From Azolla caroliniana (lineage: Eukaryota; Plantae; Polypodiophyta), in contig JBHGNT010000666.1 in NCBI GenBank assembly GCA_043228905.1, positions 1 to 18,116 on the forward strand: 18,116 nt of DNA, written 5' to 3'. Shown here piece by piece: positions 1 to 10,100 of the stretch (position 1 is its first letter; each line of letters begins with the position of its first letter). The notes under the pieces were generated by a model that was not told the DNA's origin, made no database searches, and saw only the letters and a list, made by a program, of their open reading frames with translations. A program made the position numbers and the translations under genes.

Positions 1-26
1 ATGTCGTCTCCTTCACTCGGTATGTC

Positions 27-90
27 TTCAGAACTGTTTTTTCCAGAACAGTTTTTTAAGCATTGGTTATTTCAGAACTGTTTTTTAAGG
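27..90 (+). repeat. Short direct repeat CAGAACWGTTTTTT x3
   Basis: cagaactgtttttt, cagaacagtttttt and cagaactgtttttt within 65 bp. Confidence 0.55.
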
Positions 91-406
91 GTTTATTATT
101 TATTGATTATCCTTTGAAATGGAAACTTGAAGATTTATTTATGCTGAAAATATTATGTCATCATCATCATCATGATTAGTATTGTCAATTTCTCGATCTT
201 AATAGAATGATAATCTTCTGCCATTGATGTTAGACACTTGTGGATAACACTTGAAACTTGACTTTTATATTAGCCTGTTGGTATGGTTGTCTTTCTTAGT
301 ATTGTATTGTTTTGTTAAAGGAATATATGTGTGTGGTATTATCGTACATGTTTATTCGAAAACTGGTTGATGTGGTTAATTAGGTACTGAAATAACAAAA
401 AATTAG

Positions 407-1036
407 GTGCTGGAATACATGAGAGTGGCAATGGTAGATGTCAAGGAGAGTGACTTGTCATGTAGCAATTCTATGTCTGAGAGGAGCAAGAGACGGGTGG
501 TTCTTCACATAGTTCGTTATTTACTAGAAGTAATTGAGAGATTTACCAAGGAAGATCGTAGGGATATTATCTCTAGAGTGTTACACCATCAACTTTTGAA
601 TGAGTGCATGGAAAATATTAAGATTAGGGACCAATGTGTTTCAGAGGAGATTGTAGAGTCTATGAAGTCGTCACTACACTTAGTGAAAGGGGTAGAGAGC
701 ATAGATAAGCTTGGCGCAAAAAGAGCATCCCTTCACATGGTTGTAAATGGTACAACCAAAAACAAATATAGTGATACTAAAGTTGCCTTAGCCCTTGGTA
801 TTCAAAGAAGAAACTTGAGGAAGCATCAGACAAATATACAGTCAAATCAATTTAAGTGGTTGGGGTTAGGCCGTAGACGACGATGTGATGCCTTGTCTCA
901 AGAGATTGTTGAGAAAGTGGATTCCATTTGGACAAAAAACACTCATGTCTCACTGAATAAAAAAGATGTATGTAGACAACGTATAAGTCGGGGTAGGTAC
1001 CAAATTCACCCAAGACACTTCTTGGAGATGACTAAG
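407..1036 (+). pseudogene. Outer DNA-transposase pseudogene, N-terminal exon (basic, helical, putative DNA-binding region)
   Basis: ORF 407-1069 reads ...RRRRCDALS...KKDVCRQRI...HFLEMTK and then runs into T-rich intron-like sequence. At 1037 the expected donor reads ATAATT (GT>AT). An acceptor tgtAG at 1124-1125 resumes in phase 0 with AELFMNF, the frame of ORF 1132-1872. The true 5' start is uncertain. Confidence 0.55.
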
Positions 1037-1125
1037 ATAATTCTTTTGTTTTTATCTATTTGTTTTTAAATATTTTTTTGTATTAAAGGATTCTATTAAC
1101 ATTTGTTATTTATTGAGTGATGTAG

Positions 1126-2075
1126 GCGGAATTGTTCATGAACTTCAAAGACCAACATCCTAACATCAATCTTGGATTTCGCAAGTTCCAAGGTTTGAAA
1201 CCGTTTTTTGTTAGAAAGTTAAAAGAGAGGAACACATGTTGTTGTGTGTACCACATTAAAATGGACATGTTAAGGCTTGGCCTGAATAGTATGCGTACTG
1301 ATTCTAAGGGTATACACGGGGATGGGTGTGTTTGCACTTGTGAGATATGTAGACCAAATGGGAGTGATAATAGATGTAATGCACGAAACACGACTTACGC
1401 ATCAGTTTCTGTGATATGGGGGTCTTTTGTTTGTGAAAAACAACCATCATCTGAGTGGCATAATCGTACATGTCTTCTAAGAACATGTAAAGTTTGCCCA
1501 CAACCACCATTTTGTAGACAAGACCTTGATGTAGATAACTGTCATATTGTGAAATGGAAATATTTAGAGTATGTGACAGAAAATATAGGTAAGGGTCTTG
1601 TTAGTAAGCGTATCAAGGAAGTATATAAGGAGACATGTGCTACTACCCTTGTCTCAGAATTTAAGAACCAACTCGAGGAGTTCATTCCACATAACTTTAG
1701 GAGTTATTGGCAAAATTCACAGTTCAAGGAATGTATAAATAACTTACAACCAAATGTTATAGTATCCGTTATTGACTTTGCAAAGAACTATACGTTTAAA
1801 GTTCAAAATGAGGTTCAATCAATGCATTGGTATAATGACCAATGTACAATACTTGTACATATTTGCTACTAGAGAAAAGACGGCGAGTTACATAAGAAAT
1901 CAATATTCTACATTTCAGATGATAAAAAGCACGATACACTATTTGTTCAACATTGTTTTAAGCTTCACCATGCAGATTAATTGTCCTTGGATGTTAACTT
2001 TAATCGGCATTGGGTTTGGTTTGATGGTGCTACCTCACAATTTAAGGCGGCCCGGTCCTTCTACTTCATTGCAAG
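1126..2075 (+). pseudogene. Outer transposase pseudogene, central exon (Cys-rich region plus first two catalytic Asp motifs; Sola2-like)
   Basis: Translation gives KPFFVR..RNTCCCVYH, Cys clusters, IDFAKNY (DFAENY-type), QNEVQSMHW, YISDDKKHD and WFDGATSQFK (SDG..QFK-type). In-frame stops occur at 1870-1872 (TAG) and 1978-1980 (TAA). The exon ends at donor AG|GTGAG (2075/2076, phase 2). The Sola2 label comes from motif recall, not a search. Confidence 0.75.
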
Positions 2076-2329
2076 GTGAGGAAATAATCCATATGTTTGG
2101 TACTTATAAATGGAAGTCTATTTTGGTAATACTCCATAGTACTTAGAAATGTTTGTATAAAATACTGAATGACATGCACCTAGATTCACTAGTACTGATT
2201 ATGGTAATAACAATGTTAAGTAAACTTAACTTACAAGTTAGTACTGTCATCCTATGTGTACAAGTACTAATTAAGGTTGAGGTCTTGTAATGTATCCGTA
2301 ATTTACAACATAGTATTGTCCCCAAAGGT

Positions 2330-2785
2330 GCACATGTGCAAGTACTAAATTATAACTTAGGATTGCCCCCTCTTAGTAATGTTTGTACTAATGAGTAACT
2401 TAGCTATAATCAACTTTGTTCGTTAGTACTAATTTATAATTTAGGATTGTTCTCTCTCATTAATACTAATTATTAACTTAGTACTATCCAACCATGTTCA
2501 TTAGTACTATCCATTAACTTAGTACTGTCCAACTTTATTCATTAAGACCAACTTATAACTTAGGACTGTCCATTGTCATGCATTAGTACTAATTAATCAC
2601 TTAGAACTGTCCAAGTTTGTTCATTAAGACCAACTTATAACTTAGGACTGTCCGTTGTCATGCACTAGTACTAAATTATAACATAGGATTGCCCCCTCTC
2701 AGTAATGTTTGTACCAATTCATATCTTAGCTATATTCAACTTTGTTCGTTAGTACTAATTTGTTCATTAGTACTATCCATTAACT
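2330..2785. repeat. Degenerate intronic tandem array (~38-40 bp subunits rich in TTAGTACT / ATAACTTAG), left half
   Basis: Repeated motifs ttagtactaatt, ataacttaggactgtcc and tttgttcattaagaccaac. The same array continues at 15468 beyond the retrotransposon. Confidence 0.8.
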
Positions 2786-2867
2786 TGTTAGGAAACAAGT
2801 CCCTCCGGATGGGAAATGAGAAGAACAGTACTGATGAGCAAACTCGGCCGAGGCCGAAACAGGATTT

Positions 2868-3070
2868 GGAGTACCCAGCTACGGAAGACCCGGTGAGAAC
2901 CGGATGACAAGTACCCGGCAACGGAAGACCCGGTGAGAATCGGATGTGGTGTACCCGGCAAGCGCCAGATGAGGAGTACGCGGCTACGGAAGACCCGGTG
3001 AGAACCGGATGAGGAGTACCCGGCATGAGCCAGACGATGAAGGCCCGGTGAGAAGTGCTCACCGGATGAA
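2868..3070 (+). repeat. ~40-bp tandem repeats in LTR U3 (acggaagacccggtgagaaccggatga..gtacccggc), putative enhancer array; second copy at ~14763-14962
   Basis: Three clear copies and one degenerate copy are visible in both LTRs. Confidence 0.8.
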
Positions 3071-3144
3071 GGGACATATTTGTAAATATGTTTTCTGGGA
3101 GTCCAACGGGGCTATATTTGTAAATAGCCGGAAAGTCATATTAG

Positions 3145-3152
3145 TATAAATA
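3145..3152 (+). promoter_or_regulatory. LTR TATA box (TATAAATA) inside a 10-bp inverted repeat aagtcatatt..aatatgactt (3133-3158)
   Basis: Canonical TATA about 70 bp upstream of the GA tract. It is conserved in the 3' LTR at ~15037. Confidence 0.6.
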
Positions 3153-3224
3153 TGACTTAGGGCAAACAGAGAATTGTGCTGTTGTCATTCTTGTTGGCGC
3201 AAGATTTGAGCGCGTAACAGTGTA

Positions 3225-3253
3225 AACACGTTCGCGTTCACAAGTGGAAGGAT
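3225..3253 (+). repeat. Left terminal inverted repeat
   Basis: AACACGTTCGCGTTCACAAGTGGAAGGAT; extends to 3260 with two more mismatches. Confidence 0.95.
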
Positions 3254-3582
3254 CACGCATAAATGGAAGGATAAGGGAAATTTTAGGGGTTTTTCAATGA
3301 TTTTACAAAACACATTGATACCAGTATCATACAAGTTCAAACATACTATGAAAAAGGTTAAAAATCCACTATTTTCGTGATTTAGAAGTAACTAAAAAAA
3401 GACGAATTTCAAAAACATACATTCTCAATTTATATCACAAACTTTACAACCAATGTTATTTTATAAGAAACGATTTTTGGGAAATCATAAGAATTCAAAA
3501 CACATGATTTTATATTACTCGATTTGTTACAAGCGGAATGTAGTTACACTTAATAGCCAAATATACATTCATGATCACTCCT

Positions 3583-6363
3583 TTACGGAGAATCACTACT
3601 ATAACTAATATACAATGACGATTCCTCCTCATCATCCTCGGATGTACCAATCAGTGCATTATCTTCATCATAAACCAAATGGTTTGACTCTAGATTATAT
3701 GTAGCAGATCTCGTTTGCCTTTGACTCGAGCCACCTTGTAGATCTGGTAATTTTTCTTTTATTATATCTATTGTTGACTTCCTTAATCGTCCGGCTTTTG
3801 TAAGTGTGAAGTCGTACACGATGATATCCACATCAGAGATATCAAGGGTCGAGGTGTTACGAATGTTTCGCTTCCTCTTCCTACCTCCCCTTCTTGTTTG
3901 GCATTCAATCATCTCCAATGTATACTTACCTGTAAAAGCATTTGCACTTCTAGTGTTGTACCAATGAACATTTATAGACTTGATCGTGTTTTCTATTTCA
4001 TGCATTAGCACTTCTAGAATTTTACCAACCCAAAATTGGTGGCCATGTGAGTTCTCATCAGCCGGCGTTGCAATCAACATCCCCGCGGTGAGCTCTTGCA
4101 AATTTGCTTGCCATCTAGCTTCGGCTGCTTTGGTCATCCTTGGTCCCACATAAATGTCTCTTTGTTGTGGATGGACCAAGCTGTCATTAATCGCATTTAC
4201 TAGTCGCTCCGGACTTCTATTTACGCGATCATGTTGCAGCGACCATGTGAATGGCGTTTCCAAATTCCAATTATCAACAGATACACAATTGTCTATAATT
4301 TCTTTCTGATCACTATAAAATACATCCCACCATGACGTGTCTTGTTGTGCGGCATATTTCTTGGCGGCCTCAATATGCTTTCTTTTTTCTTCTAAGGCTT
4401 GGAGCCATGACCGTTTTTGTTCTGATACCAAGTCGCTCTGCAACTGTCCTTTCTTCTCAATTGGCATTTGTTTAGCTCCATGGACAATTGTACTCGGCAT
4501 ACAAAGTAATAACTGGCAACCACCTTCAGGTTCCCATGTTGTAGAAGATGAATATTGTTTAGCATACAAAAGTGTAGAACCACTTATTCCATTTTTCTTT
4601 ATCAAAAAAATGTGATTGAAACTTATATTGTTTAACTGAGCAAGCACTTTAACATTCCCACCACCCCCATCTAATATATATCTCTTAAAGTCATATACCT
4701 CCTTCAAGTGTAACACTTTTGGGCGTGGTGTATATGCATCACAAATGACATCAAATAGTTTAGGTAAAGTGAAAGCATCATGCCGAGACAACTGTCTGGA
4801 GAATGTGCTAAACATCTGATCTATATGGTCATGTGTGTGGCCAACCAAAAGGAAATTGACTTTCACTTTCCTAAACAATTCTAGGTTGACCAACATACTT
4901 AGATAGCCAAATACAGTTGAATTTTTGTTCTCTCTAGCAGTATTGTCCAATTGAATGTATAGAACAGGGGGGAAAGGTTGTCCCCAAGACATCAAAACTC
5001 GGTGAATCACTGTAACTGTTAGGTTAGGGTCATTGTGAACATTGGGGTAAGTAATGAAGACGTGAGGTCGAACAGACCTATTATAAGCCAAGCATCCCAC
5101 CAAGTGCATTTGAACAAGGCACTCATCATTGACATATTTGGGGAGCCTCCGCATATGCGGCAAGCATGTCTTCTTCTGGTCCATGCCATCTATCATTAAG
5201 CACATGTATTGTTCAGGCCTCTTCAAACACTTCTCTCTATGATGCATCGCCTTCCTTCGTTCTAAGGATTGTGCCTCACGATGCTCTTGTAGTAACTTCT
5301 TACTCGTATCCTTTTCCATTGATGTCTTTGCACCTTTAGCCAAACTTTTAAGATTTGCACAAATGGAGCAATACCCCATACGTACTTTACGAGGAATAAT
5401 AACATTTGAAAACCGAGCTCTCCATAATCTTGTGAATTGGCTATAGGTGATAGACTTATTACGTGAGCCCAGCATTTCAGATCGATAGACATCATAAACT
5501 TCCCGACGGGTATAATTATCAGAAAGATGCATCCTACCTGTAGTGGGCATTACTTCACAATTTAACTGAAAGTAAGTTTTCATCCAGCCAATAGCTAGTC
5601 TTCCAATTGCACCTTTCATACTTGGAACCTCTTTACAATTGAGCATCTGATCCCCGCTAAGTAGACGTTGTTGTACTCTATGTAGCCGCATGTTACTAAC
5701 ACATAACGCAATTTTGAATGCAACTCTACATATCTGTTGCGCATGGAAGATATAATACTCGAATGATACTTTGATCCCCGTACATTTGTCAGATACTAGT
5801 TGCATATGTGATCCGAGGTAAGTGTCTTGCTCATCACCGGTCATCGAAAAATAGTATCGCCTTAATTCTCGCAACTTTGATTTTCCAATCATAGACATAC
5901 AACCACGGGCACAACATATTTTGTTGACATCAAATCCAATCTGTTTATCTGATGTCACCAAGCTAAATCTAGCAAGACGAATTCTTCGTGGGATTCTTCT
6001 AATATGCATAGGGCTCCCAGATTTCTCTTCCTGCATAGAGGTTGGTGTAACCTTGTTACAGTCTAATTCTCTGTTCTGACCATCGCCAATGTTATTCAAT
6101 GTTTCCTGGGCACTTCCTTCATTCTCCGTATCTTTATTAATATCGTATTCTTCAATAGAGAACTCTTCACATGTGTCATTATTTACATTCCCTGTAGATG
6201 AGCTCAAACAATATTCTTCGATAGAATATGGTGAGTCGGTCGAAAGACAATATTCTTCAATCGAATATGGTGACTCTGTTGACAAACAATACTCTTCAGT
6301 AGAAAACGATGGGTCTGATGACAAACAATATTCTTCAATCGAGAACGGTGAATCTTCACTCAT
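3583..6363 (-). CDS. Transposase, 926 aa, intronless (Sola1/DUF7869-like DDD core)
   Basis: Uninterrupted ORF inside the TIRs. Motifs LMIDGMDQKKTCLP, LYIQLDNTARENKN and FLLVGHTHDHIDQMFS; Cys/His clusters CCARGC, CRVAF and CSIC..H; basic RRGGRKRKR (NLS-like); acidic tail. Confidence 0.88.
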   Translation of the reverse strand: MSEDSPFSIEEYCLSSDPSFSTEEYCLSTESPYSIEEYCLSTDSPYSIEEYCLSSSTGNVNNDTCEEFSIEEYDINKDTENEGSAQETLNNIGDGQNRELDCNKVTPTSMQEEKSGSPMHIRRIPRRIRLARFSLVTSDKQIGFDVNKICCARGCMSMIGKSKLRELRRYYFSMTGDEQDTYLGSHMQLVSDKCTGIKVSFEYYIFHAQQICRVAFKIALCVSNMRLHRVQQRLLSGDQMLNCKEVPSMKGAIGRLAIGWMKTYFQLNCEVMPTTGRMHLSDNYTRREVYDVYRSEMLGSRNKSITYSQFTRLWRARFSNVIIPRKVRMGYCSICANLKSLAKGAKTSMEKDTSKKLLQEHREAQSLERRKAMHHREKCLKRPEQYMCLMIDGMDQKKTCLPHMRRLPKYVNDECLVQMHLVGCLAYNRSVRPHVFITYPNVHNDPNLTVTVIHRVLMSWGQPFPPVLYIQLDNTARENKNSTVFGYLSMLVNLELFRKVKVNFLLVGHTHDHIDQMFSTFSRQLSRHDAFTLPKLFDVICDAYTPRPKVLHLKEVYDFKRYILDGGGGNVKVLAQLNNISFNHIFLIKKNGISGSTLLYAKQYSSSTTWEPEGGCQLLLCMPSTIVHGAKQMPIEKKGQLQSDLVSEQKRSWLQALEEKRKHIEAAKKYAAQQDTSWWDVFYSDQKEIIDNCVSVDNWNLETPFTWSLQHDRVNRSPERLVNAINDSLVHPQQRDIYVGPRMTKAAEARWQANLQELTAGMLIATPADENSHGHQFWVGKILEVLMHEIENTIKSINVHWYNTRSANAFTGKYTLEMIECQTRRGGRKRKRNIRNTSTLDISDVDIIVYDFTLTKAGRLRKSTIDIIKEKLPDLQGGSSQRQTRSATYNLESNHLVYDEDNALIGTSEDDEEESSLYISYSSDSP
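6202..6357 (-). repeat. Coding 39-bp tandem repeat x4 (xxSPYSIEEYCLS) at the transposase N-terminus
   Basis: EDSPFSIEEYCLS / SDPSFSTEEYCLS / TESPYSIEEYCLS / TDSPYSIEEYCLS, plus a partial FSIEEY at ~6145-6162. Confidence 0.9.
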
Positions 6364-7185
6364 GGCTTAAGGTCTAGATAGGGCTCTCTAAGTTATACTC
6401 CTCTCTAACCATATACTCCTCCCTAAACATAAACTTCTCTCTAAACAAAAGCCAAATCAATAGAATGTCTATATTATGTAATATTCTATTAATACAATAC
6501 ATCTAAAAATTATTTTTAATAAAGTAATTTAACTTAAATTATCAATCATTATATAAACTAGATCTAAATGATGTTACCTCAAGTAAAATATAAAACTAAT
6601 CATTAACAAGCCTTGAATATGTTGGATTAATGTTAAAATCATTGGCTAATTAATGACACCCATTTTGATATAGAACGTCTCACTCATTGGTTCTTTAATG
6701 CTCACCATTTTAAATATTAGACTTATCAATCATTGGTTAATTCATGCCCACATCTTTAATACATAACATTTGAGAGTCATAAAAATTGTTGCTTTTAGTA
6801 ATCAATCATTGGTACATTCATGAACCTCTATCATTGTCTCCTTCATAACCTTTGAAGTGATTGTAGGTTGTTATGACTATAAAAGATTGATCAATATGTT
6901 AGTTTGACTTTGTAATCATTAATACAATCATAAGTTACTCTAGTTAATGTGACTATGGTTACCAACTAACTATCCTCAAAGTTACCAACATTGGTTAAGG
7001 TGACTATGGTTACTTTAACCATGGGTTCAATCCCTATAAATAGGAAGACCTCATCATATTTCACTCACCAGAGCGTACAGAGCGTACAGAGCACACAGAA
7101 CGCAGAGAGCACACAGAGCACACAAAGCACTCAGAGCACAAAGCACGAAAGCGCGATCTCCGCCTCCACTTCAGCACGATCAACC
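6364..7185. promoter_or_regulatory. Divergent (bidirectional) promoter region between transposase and cargo gene
   Basis: Head-to-head start codons at 6363 (-) and 7186 (+). ATTGG/CCAAT boxes at 6641, 6686, 6732 and 6808; TATAAATA at 7035-7042; duplicated gtgactatggttac at 6949 and 7000. Confidence 0.6.
7069..7140 (+). repeat. 9-bp minisatellite (CAGAGCACA)x8 in the predicted 5' UTR of the cargo gene
   Basis: cagagcgta cagagcgta cagagcaca cagaacgca gagagcaca cagagcaca caaagcact cagagcaca, starting about 30 nt after the TATA box. Confidence 0.85.
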
Positions 7186-10100
7186 ATGTCTTCAAAGAGA
7201 ATCGAGCGCGAGGACTCCAGGTAGGCCTCTGACACTGTGGACATTTTTGTAAATATGTTTCGTTTCTCAAGAACTCGATACGGCGTATCGAGTTCATGTA
7301 TACAATACAAATATTTATACACGAACTCGATACACCATATCGAGTTCGTGTTTAAAGTGTAGGTTTTAAACACGAACTCGATACGCCGTATCGAGTTCGT
7401 GTATATAAGAAGGCTTTGAGAGAGAAAAATCGTTTATGGGGTGGAAATGATATCAAATTGTCTGGCAAAATCAGTCTTTTTTATGTTGACTTTACTTACT
7501 TTTAAAGAAATACATGCTCTAATTATAGGTGTTTTATAACCTACTTTAGCTTAAAATAATAGAAAATGATCTACAAATTGCCTTCACTATGGCAAATTAT
7601 CCTCAATATAGGTTTAGAATCTATATAAGTCATACCTACTATTTAAAAGAATATATAACCCGTTTTACTTATTACGACCTATATTTTCTAAGTTGAATAA
7701 CCCTGCCTATAATAGATTTTTGAATATGTTACTGCTCCTGGAAACTGTTCTTCATTATAATATACAACTTCAATCTACGTGACTGTCTAACTTATGTTTT
7801 TGCATATACTTTCTTAAATAGGTCGTTTGAGAACCTGTCGGACCGACCCGTGAAGAAAATTAAGCTTCGCATACAAGGTTCTCCAATCGAAGCCCAGACC
7901 AAGGTAACTCCTGAGACCATGAAGAGAGGAAAAAAGCTTCTCTTTAACGAAGAGACAAAATCTCAGCCACATAGTGATGTTAGCCAAAAGAAACTTGTCG
8001 CCGCTACTGGAGGCGAAGACCTTCCTGACCGAGATCTAACGGACAAGGAATGGTGTATGCAATATGTCGACTCAAAGAAAAAAGTCGTATTGTATACAAC
8101 AAAGAAGAAGGGTGAGGGGCAGCTTGGAAAAGAAACCCCATTTATGTATGGCCGAATTCTACGATTTGACTACGAAGATGCAGATTCGGCCAACATACTG
8201 GTAATGATAGAGTGCTCCAAGGGGGTACGTAAAGTGTTCCTTTCAGAAGACCTTTTAGTAAAGGAATCTTGTGGGCCTGAAGTGTTCAAAAAAGCACTTC
8301 ATAACTCACAAAACCTGATTGTTACCTTGAGGCCTTATATACAAGGCCATGTAACTCTAAGAGATGAAGAGCCCTCCACCTTGAAGGCCACAAAAAAGGT
8401 ATCCAAAGTTCAGTCAAGACCAGCCAAGAAGAAGACAACGAAAATGTCGGATACGGATTCAACAAGTGAAAATGAAGAAGAGGATAATAAGGGGACGCCA
8501 AGAGCCGAGCTGGCCTCGGGTGTCTTGTCATCCGAGCAGAATAAAATAAGGAGAGAGTTAATGCAACGGAAGCTGGTCAGGAAAGGGCAAGTATTTAATT
8601 TGCCTATAACACACATCCATCGGCCCCCTATTGATGAAAAAACAGGTCGAAGACCACTTGAGATTAGAGAGCCTCATCGCATGCATGTTCAAAATCTCAA
8701 GAAAAAAATGAAAATTAATCCTCATGCCACTGTGGTGCCTTTTATTGTTATGGTGGATCCTGAAGAATGTGAAACCATTGAAGATTTTGATATCAGAAAG
8801 CATGATCAATATAATTATTTTGTCATTGGTGGATCGCATTCAGCAGAGGCACGTCGACAACTTGTGAGAGAACATCCAACCACTTTCTTCTTCAAGTATG
8901 CCGAGTGCAAAATTTATGTTGGGCTCACAACCGAAGAGGCTAAGCTGTTGGCATGGGACCATAATAATGATAATGACTATCGGCAGAAAATGTCGTCTAT
9001 TGAGCGTATACGGTTCTTCCACCACGAGTATTTAGATGTGAAACAAAAGTTTGGTGTGAAGTTACATCCAGGCCTTCGACGTCAATGTCTGCATGAAGTC
9101 GGCATTGTGGTAGATGATAATGTTAGGTCCGATGGTCTTCGAAAGTATGAGTCTTGGTTTCAATTGGCGTTTAGAGATGGAGAAGTATGGGACCTCCAAG
9201 ATCAAATATTCTCAATGTGGGAGAATAAGGAGGTAAAGGGTCAACGACAAAAGAAATGTAGGGTTGACCCTCAACTAGAATTAAAGTCACAAGCCGCCAA
9301 GAAAATTGACTTGACAATTGAAGAAGCGGCAGACGACATGAAGCTGTCTCTATGGAGAGCGATGCAAGGTATTAAGGACGAGCAGCTTCTTGTGTCGGTT
9401 TTGTCAAGGGTTGTGGCGAAAGATTTAAGCCTTGAAGAAATGGTCACTGAGTTCAATAAGTAAGTCTTTCAAATACTGAAATTGTAGTCTATCTTGTGTA
9501 ATTCAAAGTTCTAATCTTGATTTCTAATTTTACAGTCATAAGGTGTACATGAAGATCCAAGAAGTTATGATGAAACAACTTGGATGTATAACTTGGGAAC
9601 AAGAGACCGAGGATTATCCTCTAACGTCTTCGTATAAGGCGTTATCAGAGTATTTTATTGCATTCAAGGATTGGGTTAGTATTCATGTTTTTTCATTACC
9701 CTTTCATCATATGTAGAGCTTGTATAATAATACCTGATGTCCTATTGCTTCTATTAGAAACCGTGTCGAGGCAAGAAACAAGGAGAAGTTAAGGATATAC
9801 ACGATTTCCCTACATCCTTCCTTGCACATCTCGAGCGAGCCAGAAAAGAAAAGGATCGTCGCTTAGTCAAGGCGTACGAAATGGAGGAAGATGGCTCGTT
9901 TAAAAAATTTAGCCACAAAAAAGATATTACGAGAGATCTTTACTACAATGTGGTTTGCGGTGATGTCATCGACTTGATCCAGAAGGTGCCAAAGAAGGAA
10001 TATACGCTAATGATTGCGGATATTCCTTACGGATTTCGAATGGCTGGGTCATCATACGACGATGAACCGTTTAGGTTTAAACAATTGGAGAAGATGGTCA

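Larger units (their letters stand above)
2786..3224 (+). repeat. 5' LTR, left (U3) part
   Basis: About 95% identical by manual alignment to 14681-15116 and broken at TGTA by the DNA transposon. Confidence 0.95.

Noticed and set aside
1-406. Possible first exon 1-19 (ATG..CTCG|GTATGT) spliced to 384 for the outer transposase
   Set aside because: The phase is compatible, but it hits an in-frame TAG at 404-406 and has no motif support, so it is too weak to call.
2689-3077. ORFs 2689-2907 and 2736-3077 (also 11973-12492 and 14424-14816)
   Set aside because: They cross element boundaries or lie in LTR repeats and show no protein motifs.
3222-3225. Alternative boundary with a 2-bp TSD (GT) and element 3224-12096
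   Set aside because: Formally compatible with the sequence, but the 4-bp TGTA reading fits Sola-type transposases better. Other insertions would settle it.
4337-6370. Short antisense or alternate-frame ORFs overlapping the transposase (similarly within the cargo and pol genes, and 1772-2146)
   Set aside because: Shadow ORFs of real coding sequence with no independent evidence.
6991-7224. 77-aa STQ-repeat ORF as a coding region
   Set aside because: It starts at TTG upstream of the TATA box and translates the 9-bp UTR minisatellite. Only the part from ATG 7186 is used as exon 1.
7271-7405. Canonical bacterial parS sites or Rho-independent terminators
   Set aside because: No match to the TGTTTCACGTGAAACA consensus, no U-tract, and an intronic eukaryotic location. 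Kept only as unexplained palindromes.
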